The notes below the pieces were generated by a model, which worked only from the letters and a program-made list of their open reading frames with translations, made no database searches and was not told the DNA's origin. A stretch of 63,431 nucleotides of DNA, counting the filler, from Octopus bimaculoides (Eukaryota): the NCBI RefSeq assembly GCF_001194135.2. It is 8 parts of 7 records of this genome, joined end to end, with 100 filler letters (N's around TTAATTAATTAA, not from the genome) between each part and the next. Parts side by side here need not be neighbours in the genome. Positions count along the whole stretch, not along the records: positions 62,046 to 63,431 come from NC_068990.1; 7 more parts are not named here. The stretch is one strand, 5' to 3'. Shown one piece after another: positions 62,215-63,431 of this stretch. The number at the start of each line of letters is the position of its first letter. Position 1 is the stretch's first letter. The position numbers and the translations under genes are program-made.

Positions 62215-63431
62215 TTTTCATATAAGTTACATATATAGGCGGAGGTAAAAAAAATACGCACACCACCCGTTTCCGGTGTAACCCTAACCCTAAACACCAG
62301 GAGCTGTGAAATATGTTTAAGGTTGTTATCTCAGAAACAAATGAAAATATCATGATTTTCAATGGGATCACCAACCATAAGGATGGCTACTTCATTAGAT
62401 GTGGACTCATTAAAACAACGTAAAATGTTCTTTACTATAGACGTAATGAACGCAGAAACACACACACACACTCCTAGAATTCATAAAATTGAAAACAGCA
62501 AAACGTACACACAGGAGTTCAAGGGAAACGAAATGTAGTCAATATAGGTGCAAAACATACTTCCTGTACGAAAAAAAAACAAAAAAAAGCGAAAACCGAA
62601 CTATAAGAGTGAAATGTCAGCAAGTTAGCAAAAGTTTAGTGTGCATCACCAATGTAAGAAAGTAGAGGAAGTCAACATTTATTTGGCACATGTACTAAAT
62701 GTTATAAAATTCACGATTGAATGAATGTCGCGGTGAAGAAAGTGAAAGGCATAATTCAATTTTTCATACAAAAATAATTTATTTTACGATTTTGAAATGA
62801 ACGCTCAACCAAGAGTATAGAAAGAAAGATGGTGTTGTTGTGAACGTTAATTTAAAATATTTACTGAAGGATGTATGTAGCGAGATATAAATTAATTTGA
62901 CATAACTATATATTATTTAACTGTGTGACGTTATAGGCTATAGAATAAATAGTAAAGCAGTAAAAAGGTTGTGCGACGTTGAGACTCACAGTCGTGAACA
63001 AGCATAGGAGGAAAACAAGGACTGTTAAAAAAGACATTTTCTTGAAACTGGTTAGAAGCCTATCTCTGTCTTTAGATGTGAGTGTATGTGATAGTCGTCA
63101 CAAAATGTATACATACTGACAGACACATACACCGTCACACACATATACTTGTCAGTCATCGGTCTGATGTAGGTAACGAACGCGCGAACACACTCACATA
63201 GAAAATGTGACGTCATCGTCGTTATGGTGGTGATATAAAATGTCGTTTATGATAGGTGACTAAAAGAAAAATGATAATGTTAAATTTTTATAATGCAAAT
63301 ATGTGAATGAAAATATAGTTTAATTGGTAGCCGAAAGCTCGTTGAATATTTTGATACCCCATGCGTCAAAATCGGCAACTCGGTTTCGGAATGCTTAAGG
63401 AACACAGGCACACAACACACACAAACTCTCT

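Noticed and set aside
62279-62293. TAACCCTAACCCTAA telomere-like repeat
   Set aside because: Only two units, internal; not a telomeric array.

Overview
AT-rich, microsatellite-dense eukaryotic genomic DNA, most likely Octopus. That assignment is inferred from repeat families I recognise from octopus genomes and was not checked against a database. The window is not one contiguous locus: seven identical 100-bp spacers (44 N + TTAATTAATTAA + 44 N) split it into eight joined segments, so neighbourhood across them is uncertain. Supported protein-coding content: three exons of a renalase (RNLS) gene on the minus strand (51330-51207, 47690-47545, 46669-46490; exon 2 not visible), an 845-bp low-complexity internal exon on the plus strand (31824-32668), a MAM-domain exon (59218-59443), and a few weaker candidate exons in the 1.6-27.5 kb segment. 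Most of the remainder is mobile DNA: over 30 copies or fragments of four tRNA-derived SINE families, a 5'-truncated RTE LINE with a PHD-type finger inside its RT plus many 3'-end fragments, two Penelope-like (GIY-YIG) fragments, R4/Dong-like fragments, Tc1/mariner remnants and a MITE. The most notable signals are hammerhead-ribozyme-like motifs (best at 36670-36746, on the same strand as and downstream of a Penelope-like ORF), structured tandem units in the RTE 3' UTR, recurrent tails-out inverted RTE pairs, and modular or chimeric SINEs. No CRISPR array, rRNA or intact tRNA gene is supported. Repeat boundaries are approximate; all alignments and folds were done by eye.
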